DNA of 64,000 nucleotides from Podarcis cretensis (lineage: Eukaryota), in NCBI GenBank assembly GCA_951804945.1, contig OX638155.1:50964001-51028000 (forward strand), in the 5' to 3' direction. Below are positions 25,043 to 39,049 of this stretch, in pieces. The notes below the pieces were generated by a model. The model was not told the origin of the DNA. It did not search any database and saw nothing but the letters and a program-made list of their open reading frames with translations. Position 1 is the stretch's first letter; each line of letters starts with the position of its first letter. The translations under genes were made by a program, and so were the position numbers.

Positions 25043-26812
25043 AAGCACGCTATTTCAAATGTGCTTCCACGTTCACAGCAACCCAGCACCAAATCCCCCT
25101 TCTATTCAGTGTGGAATCTCATTTATGTGCCATGAACCTTTAGTTGGCAGATATTAATATAAAGGAAAAAAAACAGAGATATACAATACAGATTTCGTAT
25201 AAAGTATTTGAAAGGCACTGTTGTTGATTGAAAATCCTGTGGGAAACAGCAACAAGTGCACTGTCCTGTTATTTTGAGTGAAAACAGACTACACACTTAG
25301 CAAATATTCCTATTTAAGAAATCCTGCATGGCTATGCTAAGTACATGGGACTTCAAGTCTCTGGGTGAGCTGTATCTCTAGAAGCACAGATATGGAAAAG
25401 TAACCACATATGGCATTGTACAGCAGGAACTATGGATGGGTTCTCACAACATGGCAAGCCAAAGTATGGTTTACCAAGATTGTGCAAACATACAGGCTCC
25501 CAGAGGCGAGCTCAGTTGTTCTGCTCCTCTCTGATCCTTTTTGCTCCCATGCTGCACTGAGCGATGCCAGATTTGGCATAGTGAGTCGTCTGAATCCAGG
25601 CCTATGGTTAAAACTCACTCATTAACCACAAGCTCCAACCAATTTTAATTCTGCTCTCTGGGAGCCTGCACAATTCCAGCAAGCTATAGTTTACTGTATC
25701 ATGTGAACCAAGTTGATGTGGCAAACAGTTTGCTTTCGCCCACTCTTAACTGCACTGTATTTGGCGCACACACACGCACACACACAATACATACATACAA
25801 ATATATATTGAAATTGTTGCAACTGTTCAGTGTACTGATGCCATGCTACAGAGGACAGAGTTGGGGGGTTGACAGCAAACTCCTACTTCCTCTGATTTTT
25901 ATTCATTTGCTGAAAAGTCTTGCTGAGTTTGCTACTCCTACATCAGAGCCTCCTTTTTAAAATATGATGGCTTAGTTCATTCATTGACATCTTGCTTATT
26001 GCGCATTCTTCTGTGCCTTTCAGGTTTTGACCCTGGTCCATGTTAAACAGGCTGCGGTGGAAGTGTAGGATGCTGTATAGTAAAAAATTCCATTTGACAG
26101 GGACAGTTATGTAAACATTTCTGCTTCTGCCTGGAACTCTGGATAGAACAAGCAAGCCTTGAAAGAAGAACTGCTTTCGAAAAGCAGGATGTTTGAATAT
26201 GAACATAGAGCAACCCCATGTAAAAGACTGCTTTTGTTTCACAAGGAGGAAGCTTTTAAATTTACTGAATGGGAGGATTTAATTCCAAAAAAGAGTCTAT
26301 ATGGCTATATAGTTTTTGGCAATATGTATTCATAGTACATTATAATGTGGGAAGAAATTAATTCTAGTTTAACCAGCATTCAGCATTCTAAAACCCAGTA
26401 GCCATACTAAAGTGTGTACATACATTAAAATAGGTTTTTTTTTTAATTTAAAAAAGGTTCTCCTGTGTATTCTTGAACACAGGCAGTGTTTGATTTATAT
26501 TCTCTTTGTAGCATGCATACTGTATACATTTCTCCCTCATAGAACACCCACAGTAGAATGAATATGGGAAACATTTCCCCATCAGGGTCCTTCCAACTCT
26601 ACAATTCTATGATTCTATCAGCAAAACAAGTTGCAATGAATCTATTCCTTACTCCTAAAACACAAGAGATGAGACAATTACTAACACTCATTGAATGTAC
26701 TGGATAAACATTATAAAAATATAGATGTAAGAATTGTGAATGTGCACACTTCTCTACATTTGGGACCTGCAATGTGATGTTGCAGCATGTCACAATTTCT
26801 GTTTAGTGTTCA

Positions 26813-26852
26813 AGCCAGCCAGCCCAGCCAGCCAGCCAGCCAGCCAGCCAGC
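26813..26852. repeat. (CAGC)n tetranucleotide repeat
   Basis: Direct inspection. Confidence 0.85.
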
Positions 26853-28169
26853 CTTGCTTTCCTCCATATGCCATTCCATTCCCCTCTCCCATCCACCTCC
26901 CTCGCTTCACCCCCAACTTTCCATGGTCATTGAACACATTTGGTTCCTATTGGCTTCTTCTGTTCCCCACTCTAACTAGCCCCCCCCCCCCCTGATTTTG
27001 TACTTCTGCAAATCATGACATTTTCCTGTGCGTGGGAGGTGCCTTTTTGGCTACATAAGTACTAGCACTGACATTTGAACAGGATCTTTTTAGAAGCTAT
27101 TTTAAGACACTTTAAAACTGTTTCAGATAACAGTTTACAATAAAATAGCTGGAAGCACATGGAACCATCTTTTTACATGACTTTAACCAATCCTGCAGGA
27201 CAAGCCCTCTTAACATTGGCTGAGGTTATAAAAAGATAGTAGAGGAACATAGAAAAAAGACCATGAGGCACCAACAGGAAAGGCAGTTTTCCTGCCTGGT
27301 GCTAGGCTCTCATTTATCACCTTGGTTCCAGAAATGTTACTTAGAAGGACTTCTTAAGTAGCCTTTAATTGCTGTCACCCCAGTAAAAATGAAAGCCTGG
27401 GCCTAATGCAATATCACCACTTTCCTAACCTACACTTTTGACTGATTAGTTGCGAGGTCATGGAGATGTGGCATACATAAGGAATCTGCCTGTCAGACGG
27501 GAGGTCTGCAATACATAGCCTGGAGTTGGCTATTCCCTGATCTGAAACATCAGCTATCTGGTTCTCTGGTTGCCATTGGTTCAGCTGCTCCACTGTCACA
27601 CAAAGCTTTGCAAGCCTTGGGCACTTATTGGGAAGAATGGAAAAACCTTTAATTCAGAGTTCTGAGCTTTGCTGCCAACTTAGGGCTAAATTTAAGTGTT
27701 GGAGTGAATTCATCTCATGAACACAGCACAAGGACAGAATGAATTGTTTCTAAGCCTTTACTTGAAAACCGGGGGCGGGGGCACTTGCTGCTTATAATAC
27801 AAATAATAGAATCTCTGATATACTTTGCAAGAAGTATAGATCATTCTACCCACCACCACTTTACAGATATATGTATATTCAGTGCCATAGCAAGTAGGCA
27901 TAAAATCTCTAGTTACTTTCTGAGTAACAAGTCTCAAACTATTAAAGCTCATATCTCACTCCTCCCTATGAAATCTGAACCATCATAAGGTATTGTTCTG
28001 AGTTTGAAACAAACGTAAGCAGGGACAGACTCATTAACAACAGGAAGCTGAACTTGCGGCTTCTAAGGGCTTCCAATTTGTTGTGCTTGTGGTAGCAAAG
28101 ACTCTAACAGAGACTGGCTGAGTTGACGGGCTGTCACAAAATGTCCATGAACATCTGATCTGCTTAGAG

Positions 28170-28258
28170 CAGGGTTGGAGAGCCCTCCAGATGTTGCTGG
28201 GGCTGATGGGAGGATGGAATCCAATCACATCTGGAGGGCCAAGGGTTTCCCATCCAAG
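28170..28258. mobile_element. Short hAT MITE
   Basis: ccctccagatgt...acatctggaggg palindrome; TSD gcttagag/gcttaggg. Confidence 0.72.
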
Positions 28259-31200
28259 GCTTAGGGGATAATAAAGCTGTCTACCTTCTGTGAGGGAATG
28301 AGGTATTTTTCTGTTTGGGTGGAGTTATACTTCACACAGGCCTTTGGGACAGAGGCAGCTTTGTGAGGGAGGCTGGAGAACTAGGAAGGAGTCCAAATAT
28401 TCTAAGGAAGGTCCAAGGATTGGAGGAAGCCCAGGAGCAACATGGAGAGTGCAGAGTGGCCACACAGGTCAAGCAGCAGATAAATTTCACTGTAGATACA
28501 AGCTATCCAACCAGTTTTTTGGCTGAAGGCACCTAGAGTCTTCCTCTAATAAGCATGAAGAATGCTGGACAGCCTTTGCCTTGAGGGACTGGTTTGGCCA
28601 CGATTGCAAACTAATTGAGAAACAGACGAGCATTTGCTTTTTAATAATATGATGCATTATATTGGACGCCTGCCAATGAGATTTGCAAAACAGGCATCCT
28701 GACAATGAGCGTTAACATCTAAAGCCAACAAGGTACAGAAACACAAAATAGCACTTGACATCTGAAACTGCATTTCCCCCTCCCTTTAATCTTGTTTTTG
28801 TTTTAACAGTTTATTTGACCCTACTTCTTTCCATGTATAACGCTTTATCCAACTATTCCAAAACATGATGCTTTCAGTATATCATAGAAGAGAGAGATGA
28901 AGAGCAGGCTGAAGGCCAATGTGTTAAAGAAGAAAGCACTGCATATCTGTATGTAAATTGTACTCCTAAGAGATTTGGAACCCCAGAAACCTCATCTCTT
29001 GGTATGGGAAGGGAAGGGATGATAACCGTTTCTCTGAGCTAGACTTTGGTGTACTGCTCTGAGTGTTAAAATTCACCCCAGGGCAGCCCCTATAATTGAG
29101 ACTAGTTTGAAAAGTACCTGTATAAGTGCTATCATTTAATTAGTGTGTGTGTGTGTGTGTGTTTGTGTTCATATGTTTGCATGTATGTGTATATAAAATT
29201 TAAAACAGAAAATGCAAAAACAATTAAAACACAAACAAGAACTTAAAGGCAGCTGTGAATTTTAGAGGCTCTTGCCTTTGGGAGATCAGTATGACATCAG
29301 ATAAAGATTTTATGTGCCCTTGGAGCAGGTTCTTGATGGCCAGTCAAAATTTGTGGAGCTATGGATGAAGGAAGGGAGGAAGCATTGTCAAAGATATGAC
29401 ATTGTTAAAGTTTGGCATGTTGTCACCGTATTTCATTTCAGATGCTAAGATGTATACAGCTTGAAAAAGGCAAATTATAGTTCAACAACTGGCACTGTGG
29501 AACTTTGGAGAAAGTTGTTGATAACACATTTCCAATGGTTAATTCAGAAATGCATTCTCTCTGTGAAAGTTGGGTTTCCACGTACAATTAAAAACACTTT
29601 CCAGTATAGACAAGGAAATTAACCAGTTCTAGGTTTTTGCTGGGGAGTGGAGGAAAGACCTGTCTGAGCAGGAAGGAACCAAAAATGTACACAGGTAGGC
29701 ATTTCAGCAAAAACATGGATATGCGTAGAGGCGGGGGGGGGGGGGGGGAAGAGACAAAAATGTTCAGAGGAATTTTACTACTAAATACAGTAAGCCACAA
29801 CAAAATTAAAACTGACTTGCAGCTGCAGCAGGGAGAGAAAGCACAGGGAACACATGCACACAAACTCCTACACCCCAAGGCCACAATTTTATTGCTTAAG
29901 CTTCCATGAATTTGGTGTGGGAAGGACACTATCAGCAGACAAATCCAGAGGTCATTTCCTGTGTAGGAAGTATGGCCTAAAATAGAACACAGAATTAAAT
30001 TCTCATGCTACCCATGGTCACACAAAACTGCCCCATATTTCAAGACCAAGGGTGGAGCAATGTGGAGTAATCTCTTTCAGAGTCTACCTATCCCAGAAGC
30101 ATTCAGCTGGTTAGTTTGGATGGGTAGGACACCCTTATTAGGTGGGTGACACTCAAACATAGGTTAGCATACCCTACAGCTCCTGAACCTTGCTGGGCTT
30201 CTGGAGCAATGAGATAAAAAATTGCCACAAACCAACAGGCAGGGGCATCACTAGGCACTTAAAGGACTCAGGACAAAGTCCCATGGCACAATTTCACATA
30301 TGCTATTTTATATATGTAGCTGCCTCTACAAAATTAAGATGTTGAGTGGATCAGGTTTTACCAGCACTGCACTCTGCAGTGTGCCCAGACTCACAGCAAG
30401 TTTTAAAACTTATTAAGTTTAAGAAAAGGGAGCTATGACAGAAGCCGCTGTCAAATGCATGCAGACCGGTAACTTAGTATCATCAACCTGTAAAATAAAA
30501 CTGTGGAAAATACCAGTTTCCTGAGCTCAGCAAGATATCCTCACACTTGAGAAACAAAACAGAATTTGAGACTTCCCATTTTTCTTTTACAAATAATATG
30601 GTAAGAGTGACAAGTGATATCCCTCAAGACAAGTAGAATGCAAAAGAGCTGGGACCCACTATGTAGCTATTTCATTTGTTCCTTGTCAGAGGGAAAAACA
30701 ACCTACCACCACCAGACTTGCAGACACAGAACAAGGACTTTCAAAGAAGATAAGCGTAGCTGTTGGTTTAAGACTTATGTTGTACTTACAACATGAGCTT
30801 CCTGTAAACCTTGAAGAAGTTTAACATGTATTGGGGGTGGGGGGGGGGGAATCTCTGTTTGCCCTGACTTCTTCACTCCTTAGATTAGAGCTCATGTATC
30901 ATGGAAATTTTAAACCCCAAAACATATTAACTCAGAAAGAACCACAACATGATTTTGGGAGCCAGTAACTGTTGTGTTCCATTGGTAGAACACCTCAGAC
31001 AGAATCTCAAAGCCAGACAAAACCTTGTTCACCTCGCTGTGCAGTGTTAAAGTGTATTATTCCTGAATATAAACCAGCCAGCTCACAAAAAGTACCAAGT
31101 TGCTTCTTCTTTGCATCTATTAAGTATTTCCACTAAAAAAAAAAAAAAATGTAATGACAACATTTATAGGATGGTACAAATAGGCATGTTTGAACTACTT

Positions 31201-31875
31201 TAACAGCACATCAGACATGCTTTTTATATACTGCAGATGGCAACAGTATAAGAAATGGAGAAAGAGGAGCTATAAAAAAAATTATTGGGGTAGTTAATGA
31301 ATTCTGCTGGAATTCTGCATGTAAAAGTTGGATGTTCTTGACTACCCATCCCTCCACCACTCCAAGGATGATTCAGATATGCCCAGGGAGTGGAAACTGT
31401 GGCCCCAAAGACATTATTAGACAACAACCCACATCATCCCTGACCACTGGCTATGCTGGCTGGAGCTGATAGGAATTGTAGTCCAACAACATCTTGTGGT
31501 TCACACATTCCCCATTCCTGAAGTAGATGAAGAAAGAAGAGAAATCCTGCAGCATAATATTTCAACCTTCATGTGATTTGGCATGCTCAGTGCAGCAGTG
31601 CTGGCTTCTATTATGAAACAATCACCATTTTGTCCACTGACCTCAAAAGTTGTCCAAGAACCATGGAGTTAAAATCCACAAAACAGGCTACCGGCATATT
31701 AGTTTCAGCTTCTGGAACTAGTCAAGATTCTAGGAAATACACCCAGAATGGACAGCTGTTTCCGCTTTATCTGGTAAGTCAGAAAGTTCCATCTGTATCT
31801 CTCATCAGGTAATTTGCCTTCCTTGAAATTCTGCTTACAAGACATTTATTTGTCTGCAGAAGAAGTTAACAACTT

Positions 31876-31877
<2 letters not shown>

Positions 31878-31911
<34 letters not shown>
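31878..31911. repeat. (TA)n microsatellite
   Basis: Direct inspection. Confidence 0.95.
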
Positions 31912-31913
<2 letters not shown>

Positions 31914-32200
31914 CTTTTTTAGGCACGAAGCACTGGGAATTTGAAAAGGAAAATAATTATGAAGCTATCTAATCCTATCCTAATTCTCTGCTACTGCAAG
32001 GATCTTCCTTAACACATGATAGTTTTAATTTACTGTAAATCTAAGTAATCAAACATCTACTTCTTGTTTCCCACTTCTATTTACAGTCCAATCCTGTGTA
32101 GGTTTATTCAGAAGTTAAGGTTAACTGTGCTTAATGGGAGTTACATCCATGTAAGAGTGCAAAGGATTACTGATTTAGATCTTTTGCACATGTAGATAAA

Positions 32201-32632
32201 TGTAATGGTTCTAGGGGGTTGCTCGTGCGTAAGTCGTCGCCACACCTGGCTGAGTCACCTGGGTGAACCCTTTCTGTCCGGACAGCCACCCATCCGTGGC
32301 TGTCTCAATCGCTGGCAGAATCCGTCACTGGGCGTTTCTTGAACTTCTTCCAGCAAATAAGTTCTTTGACGCCCAGTGGCCTCCTACTCTCCCTGCGCGG
32401 AAGTCTTCTGCGCAGGGAGGGTGTGGGCAGCGGAGGACCCGTGCTCTCCCCGCTGGTCTCCGGTGGGGAGTCCAGGAGCCTTCTCTCTGATTCCCCCATC
32501 TGCCCCCTTCTCCACTGGTGCTACGCTGATTTCCTTCCCCAGCGGATGGGCTGCTTCTCCCTACTGGGACCCTCTCCGGCATCCCTCTGGAGCCTTCCCT
32601 CCGCCTCTGGCTCCGATGGCAGTTCCCTGACA
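32201..32632 (-). mobile_element. Solo LTR (probably Gypsy-like), GC/CpG-rich
   Basis: TGTAA...TGACA termini, exact 5-bp TSD ataaa (32196-32200, 32633-32637), sharp GC contrast with the flanks. Orientation inferred by analogy with the 45991 element. Confidence 0.75.
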
Positions 32633-34905
32633 ATAAATAAAAGCCTTTTAGCTTCATTCATAACTTTTCATTCCATTTATGTAAAGAGCTTCTGCTTACA
32701 GAAGGAGAGTTGCACTCATGAAAGAAGTCCTTCCGTGAGTGGAAGCTCCATCTATGAAATGCTTCTTAAGCCCATTTAGGTCAGGTTTTTAAAAGGGAAT
32801 CGTTTTTGAAAAAGCTAAGTCATATTTTTAGTTATAAGAACAGTGGACCTCTTGTCATTTAAGTAACATTGGTTGATGGCTGAGAGATGGTAATTTCTTT
32901 CTAAGGTGGGGGTACCATCATGGAGCCTTTCAGATGTTCAATTCCATCAACCCTGGCCAGCATGGCCATTGTTTAAGGATAATAGGTGTTGTGGTCCAAC
33001 AACATTTTTAGGCTTTTTTTTTTAATCTCATCCCGTTTTTGAGTTATGAGGGGTTGAAATTTCAAAAAACTGATGATCTGGGCCTTGTCGGACTACACAA
33101 AAACCTTAAAAACTCAGCCCATAATTGATAGATGTCAAAACTAAAAACACCAGTCTCTTCAGAACTTCATGGGCTTTAATATTATATGTCACATGGTGTA
33201 AATTTAAATTTAAGTTACAAAAAAAGTTGCTACCCTTAAATGAAACACAGAATTCCTTTTTTTAAAAATAAGGCACTATTTGGACTTACATGTAGGGGGA
33301 GAGGCAGGGTGCTTATCTGGAGCATAGATGGAAAAAAAGAGAGCAAAACTGAAGACTAAATCAATACTGGAATCTGAAACAAGTACATCTGTTCATTGCA
33401 AAGGCAAGAGGAAGCCAGGCTCAACACAAAGGAGAAACCCACATGTTTTGAAGTATATCTCATTAACAAAGCAGAGATTAGGTCACATTTTCTACATATC
33501 GAATGGCTCAAACAAGAGCAGAAGAATACAAAACAAAAAACAAAAAAATACCCTGCGTTATTGTATAAATGTCTTGAGGTTTTGCGCTCCAGTTTGTTTT
33601 TAAACCATCAAAACATGTGTCCCTGCAGCTTTTGTTAATGAAGCTGGGAGTGTTATAAAAAATGAACAGGTGAAAATTATCAGAGATTCATTCAACAACT
33701 TGGCTGCTAGAGATAATAACTGACCACAAAAACTTAACCAACTACATGTGGGGAAAGGAGAGGAACCTACTTCTATTCTGCCTGTAGAAGAGAGAGATTC
33801 TTATCTTTTCTCCCGCCCGCCTACAGCCATGACACATGATCATTGGCATACCAGCCTGCACAAGGATACATTGTCCCTCCCCTGTGACAGAAAGGTCTGT
33901 GTATGCTTGACCACCCACCTGCTCATTTTGTGAATCCACAAGGATCTGATTCTTCAAGATTCTGAGGCAAGATTACACAAATGAGAAGAAAGCTTAAGAT
34001 GGTTTACAATAATTTCACACTACGCACTGGTGTATCGAGGGTAGAAATTCCACAACTCTTGAGTGAGAATATCATAGGACCTCTAAATGTAGGGGGGGGG
34101 GGAATGAATATCCTATGAGGAAGTACTGAGTACCTTTCTTTAGATTCTAAATGTGCTTTTTTCTTGAATGTCAGATGTTTCCAATATTTTCAGAGGCATA
34201 AATCAAACCCAGCAGGCAGCTTCCAATGCTTAACTCATTCTACATAGTCAAATTACAATAGTCCAAAACTTGAAATGATCTATTACAAAAGCAATGAGAG
34301 ATACATGACTCTGTTATAGCAATGTTACAAGTTAACAATCAAAAGGAGACTATGACTAAACAAGAAATGTCAATTTAACCACAAAAACACATAGTTTATC
34401 ATGAACAAAAGAGAATGTGACTAGAATTTCAAGCTAGATTATAGATTAGTTGAAATTCCTGCAGTTCAAATAAGGATAATCAAGCTTGCTATGGTTACCA
34501 AAGCATGGCTGTTGGTTGATAATATTCAGGGTTGTTATCTTGTGGCTGATTTAGAAGTGATTACTTGACCATTCTTTTTGATCATCCTCTCAACGGGCGA
34601 AAACACAAAACAAGGATTCAACACTTCAAAAGACAGATTATCTGATTTTGAATTTCCCACTAACTGGCCCAGGTCAGTTTCATGGATTTGGGTTTGAAAC
34701 CAGGTTGTAGTGGATCTAGATAATCAGTCTCATCAAGAAATACCTACAGTTGCTCCACAAAGCATTTATAATATTCAAAATATTCAAAACAGTTAAACCT
34801 AAGAACTGCTTCTCATGTGTGTGGAGAGGAAAAACACAGATGACGTGCTAAGCTACTCTTGAACCAAATTGCCTACCATACTAGACCAGAGGTGTAGTTA
34901 ACCTA

Positions 34906-35214
34906 AGGTAAAGGGACCCCTGACCATTAGGTCCAGTCGTGGCCGACTCTGGGCTTGCGGCGCTCATCTCGCTTTATTGGTCATGTGGCCAGCATGACTA
35001 AGCCACTTCTGGCGAACCAGAGCAGTGCAAGGAAACACCTTCCCACCGGAGCAGTACCTATTTATCTACTTGCACTTTGACGTGCTTTTGAACTGCTAGG
35101 TTGGCAGGAGCAGGGACCGAGCAACGGGTGCTCACCCCGTCGCAGGGATTCGAACCACCGACCTTCTGATCGGCAAGTCCTAGGCTCTGTGGTTTAACCC
35201 ACAGCGCCACCCGC
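34906..35214 (-). mobile_element. Sauria SINE (Squam1)
   Basis: Minus strand gcgggtggcgctgtgggttaaaccacagagcctagg...ggttcgaatccc (A/B boxes), BovB-like 3' end and acct tail; internal deletion relative to the 53991 copy. Confidence 0.93.
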
Positions 35215-35992
35215 TTCTCATATGTGTTCAGATGCGACTTTTCCTCTAGAAGTGCTCTCATGAGTGCCTGTGTGGAGAGGAAAAACACAGATGATGTGCT
35301 AAGCTACTCTTGAACCAAATTGCCTACCATACTAGACCAGAGGTGTAGTTAACCTACTTCTCTGCTAACTGCATTGCAGCTACTTAGCAGTGCTGTAGTA
35401 CTGATTAGGGAAATTAAACTGCAACTGGCATTCCTCTACAGAATCAATTACTTATTTCAAGGAGAGCTGAAATGCAAGGGTTCAAATGCTGGGTGGTGTC
35501 TTTTTAACTGTAGTCAATACAAAATGCACTTGTACTCATTCTCAAATTTACTGCCTTATTTTCTCTCTCCACACATATGCATTTTAATGAAGTGAAAATC
35601 CATTAATGCTAAGATGTCAAGAATTACTTTGGTTGATTCATCCTTTCTGGCTTTTAGCCACATGTGAAATTAGTACCACATAATCTATAGACCATGCAAA
35701 ACTTCAGTTTGTTTCATGCATTGGCACTCTGATTAAACAGATTATTCCTCAAGCATTTTCCATCTTACAAGATTACCATGCTCCACAACATTCCTGATTC
35801 CAAGCTCATTGCCCTCATTTCAGAGACAGAGGGACACAGCTTAAGCTCTCATTCCAGAAACGCAGACAAGAAACTAGGTTATTATGTATGTTGGGTTCTT
35901 TTACTCAAATGAAAACTTTAAGATTCCAAGATCCTGTATAAAAGTCAAGAAACTGACAGGAATGAAATACAGAAAAGGCATATTAAGAGAAG

Positions 35993-36452
35993 TGTAAACT
36001 AGAACCTGCTCTGGTTCCTATCCAAAACCAGGCAACCGAGGAGTTTTCTTCTAAGTAAGGAAGTAAACTTTTATTATATCAGTCCAACAGTATACAAACC
36101 CAGCAACTAGGAAAGGGTAGAATTGAGTCCAGGTGCTCTCACAGTGCAGAGGAACAGCAACAACAATCCAGTCCAAGGGCCAAGGCCAAGGCTCAAGAGT
36201 TCAAGATTACAGCAAGAGGTCCAAGACTGCATGGGAACTGTAACGTTGTTCCAACAAGTTCTCCCATCAAACTATTAAGGAGAGGCAGAAAACCCGAGAA
36301 ATGTGCCTCCCCACTTCCCTTGATGTGCCACCTGTCCCTGGGAGAGATTGCTGGATGCTGCTGCATAGTCTCATTCCCCTTCCCTCTCCTCCTTATACTC
36401 TGGTACCTCCCACTCCTGGTCAGAATCCAAGGACTTAAACGGAACCACAACA
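35993..36452 (-). mobile_element. Possible solo LTR
   Basis: TGT...ACA ends, with TATA-like agtataagg (~36395) upstream of AATAAA (~36072) on the minus strand; no TSD found. Confidence 0.35.
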
Positions 36453-36489
36453 CAACTAATTCAACAAAGAATAAAAGGCAGTAACCAAA

Positions 36490-36890
36490 GTATTTGAAGG
36501 AGCACCTGGCCCTGTACTTTCTGACCCAGACTTTACAATTGAGAGAGAGAGGCCCTGGGTGGCCCCATCAGCAGGATCAGGAAGGGGCAGGGCATTCTTG
36601 GTGGTGGTGCCCTGCTTATACAACTCCCACCAAGGTGAAAATCAGGCAGTCCCCCACCTAAGCTACATTTAGGCAGCATGTTAAAATGTACCTATATTTA
36701 CCAGGCCCGGGGGGGGGGGCATAACTGAAGAAGGTGTCAATTGCATTGATGGAAGATATTAACTGTTGTCATTTATAGTATGTTTTGACTGATGCTTTAT
36801 CATTTGTATTATTTTCTGTTGTTAGCTGTTTGGGGATCCCTTTGGAAGGAAAGGCAAGATATGGAACTAATAAAAATGAATAAATGTTTA
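36490..36890 (+). mobile_element. Degenerate L2 LINE 3' fragment
   Basis: tatttgaaggagcacct..., gggcattcttggtggtggtgccc, tttaggcagcatgttaaaa motifs and an AT-rich tail. Confidence 0.6.
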
Positions 36891-39049
36891 TATAAAACAC
36901 AACCTCTCTATTCCTTACCTACACCCCTTTCCCCTTGCAGTTCCTTATCACTAGACTGCCCTTTTTAGGTGCCTCCTTAGAACACATCAGTTCACCTGGC
37001 TAATACCATTCTCCCCTTTTACTTTCTTTCTCCCTTCCTCACCAATGTGCCTTGTCTTTATCCTTAGGTTACAAACCTTTTGCACGGCACTAAGAAATGT
37101 TAGGTGCCTTCTAAATAATGTATTTTTAAATGTATGTCTGATTATTTTTGCCTTAAATTTATCCCATCAAATTAAAAATAAGACTTGTAAGATGCAAATA
37201 CTCCAATCCAAAATATTTTAAGTGAAAACAAGTCCCACTGATTCCAAAGAAATCTGTCCTGATTATATACACACGTGATTCAAATTCAGTCACCTGTTTC
37301 AACTAGACTTGCTCCCAAGTACACACAGAGCAGTAGCTTTGGTGACACTTGCTGTGCTCTAGATCAGCGGGAAAAGAATATTATATAAATTTCAACTCTT
37401 CTCAACCCAAATAGAATTGTGGCAGCGTGAGATATTTGTTCATCCAGTGCCAGACAGAGTGGAAATTACTTGACAAAGGAGTTCAGAATGACATATTCAG
37501 GTGGGCCGCGAAGCAGCTGTGTCACGGTCAGGAATTATTCAAGCATGCTAGAAATCATGTGCTGTGAACTTATCAAGAGACCCAGAATTTCATTTCCCAG
37601 AGATTTGTCACCTGTGAGCTTTAAGCTGTAGGCTTTTAGTACGGTCGTGTACACTGCCAATTCCCGAAGCGTTTCTTCTTGAATGAACACACAGTTAACC
37701 AAGACAGAGTAGCCGTCTTAGGTTATGAGATATGAACTCGGGCTAATATAGCACTCTGTGGAAAGCCTATATTTTGCCCACTGCAGCTTGTATTATGGTC
37801 TCTATACAATAGATTTTAGAAAATAGTAGGGGGAGCACAAAAGGTTTCTGGGAAGCATTAAGATAAGTACCTTTCTTGATCCTGCTATTCTAAAATGCAC
37901 AGGGGGGAAACCTGTAACTAATCGCAAAGTTTTCACTTGCCTTCCACACTGTGGCGCCCATGGGGATGTTTTTGGTACAATCACTGGGCAGTTATATACA
38001 TGGGGATCAGTATGACAGAACTGCATTCCAATCCTAAACACATAAACTAAGCATACTGTATTTATATTCATAAATAAAACACATGATTTAGTTGGCCTTT
38101 TACACAAGCTTAGGGTTGCAGCTTAGGGTTGTGAATTTCCCCCTGCCCCGTCAAAAGCGTCATCAGCAGTACTTGATGAAATGCACAAATACTTTTCCAT
38201 GGCATGAGACTGCCATGAAAAGTATACAGCTAGCGCTCAAAACAACCTTCATGAAAACAATGAAACAGCTTATGCTCATTCATCCCACCCTAAACTTCCC
38301 TTTTCAAATTGTGAACTCTTCTTCCGCTAAGCAAGTATCATTGCTGAAGATGCAGAGTGAAAAGTGTAACACCCAGCACCCACCTTTCCCATTGGTGCCA
38401 TGCAGTACTATGCTGTACTATGTTGGGTAAAGCATAGTATTAGATGTGGAAAACAAAGAGGGCCCCCTGTGGCCACTCTCCTCTATTTGTCTGCCAGCAG
38501 ATGGATTGGCTCCACCCATTACCCACTGATCTATTTCCCCAGCCGTGGCTACAACCTATGCATGCTCAGAATGCAAGTGCATTGCATCTGCAGCACTTTG
38601 ATCTCTTTCTTGAATGGGCAGGTGCCAGACAGCAGCACAACTGCTGCCACAGTCAGCTAGGGATGGTGTCAGTGGATAGATGCTAGCTGGAGGAATACAC
38701 AGGCAGGAGATGTTACCTTTCCAGTGCTCTCTGGCAGAAGACGTGGCACAATTCTCAGAATAAAACTCATGCAATGCTAACTTCTCAAAAGGAAAGACTT
38801 CCATTCCTTGAACAGTAGCAATTCATTGTTTAATCAGACCACAGAATTTCAGGCATGGACTGGGAATAGTAAATAATAGGCTTGCCATATCTCACCTTTC
38901 ATTAATCTCTGAAATTTGCCTCCCTCTGCCCCCACATAAAGGCTAAACATTCCTCGGCAACATGCTCTACTATATTAGGTGTTTGACCAGTGGTGTGTGA
39001 GTGCTCCAATATTGCCTTTGTCTCAGGTTCTCATTAACTGAAGCAAGTA

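Noticed and set aside
29733-29748. Long poly-G/poly-C runs as functional G-quadruplex elements
   Set aside because: Such homopolymers are scattered throughout the window and are prone to slippage and sequencing error; no positional pattern.
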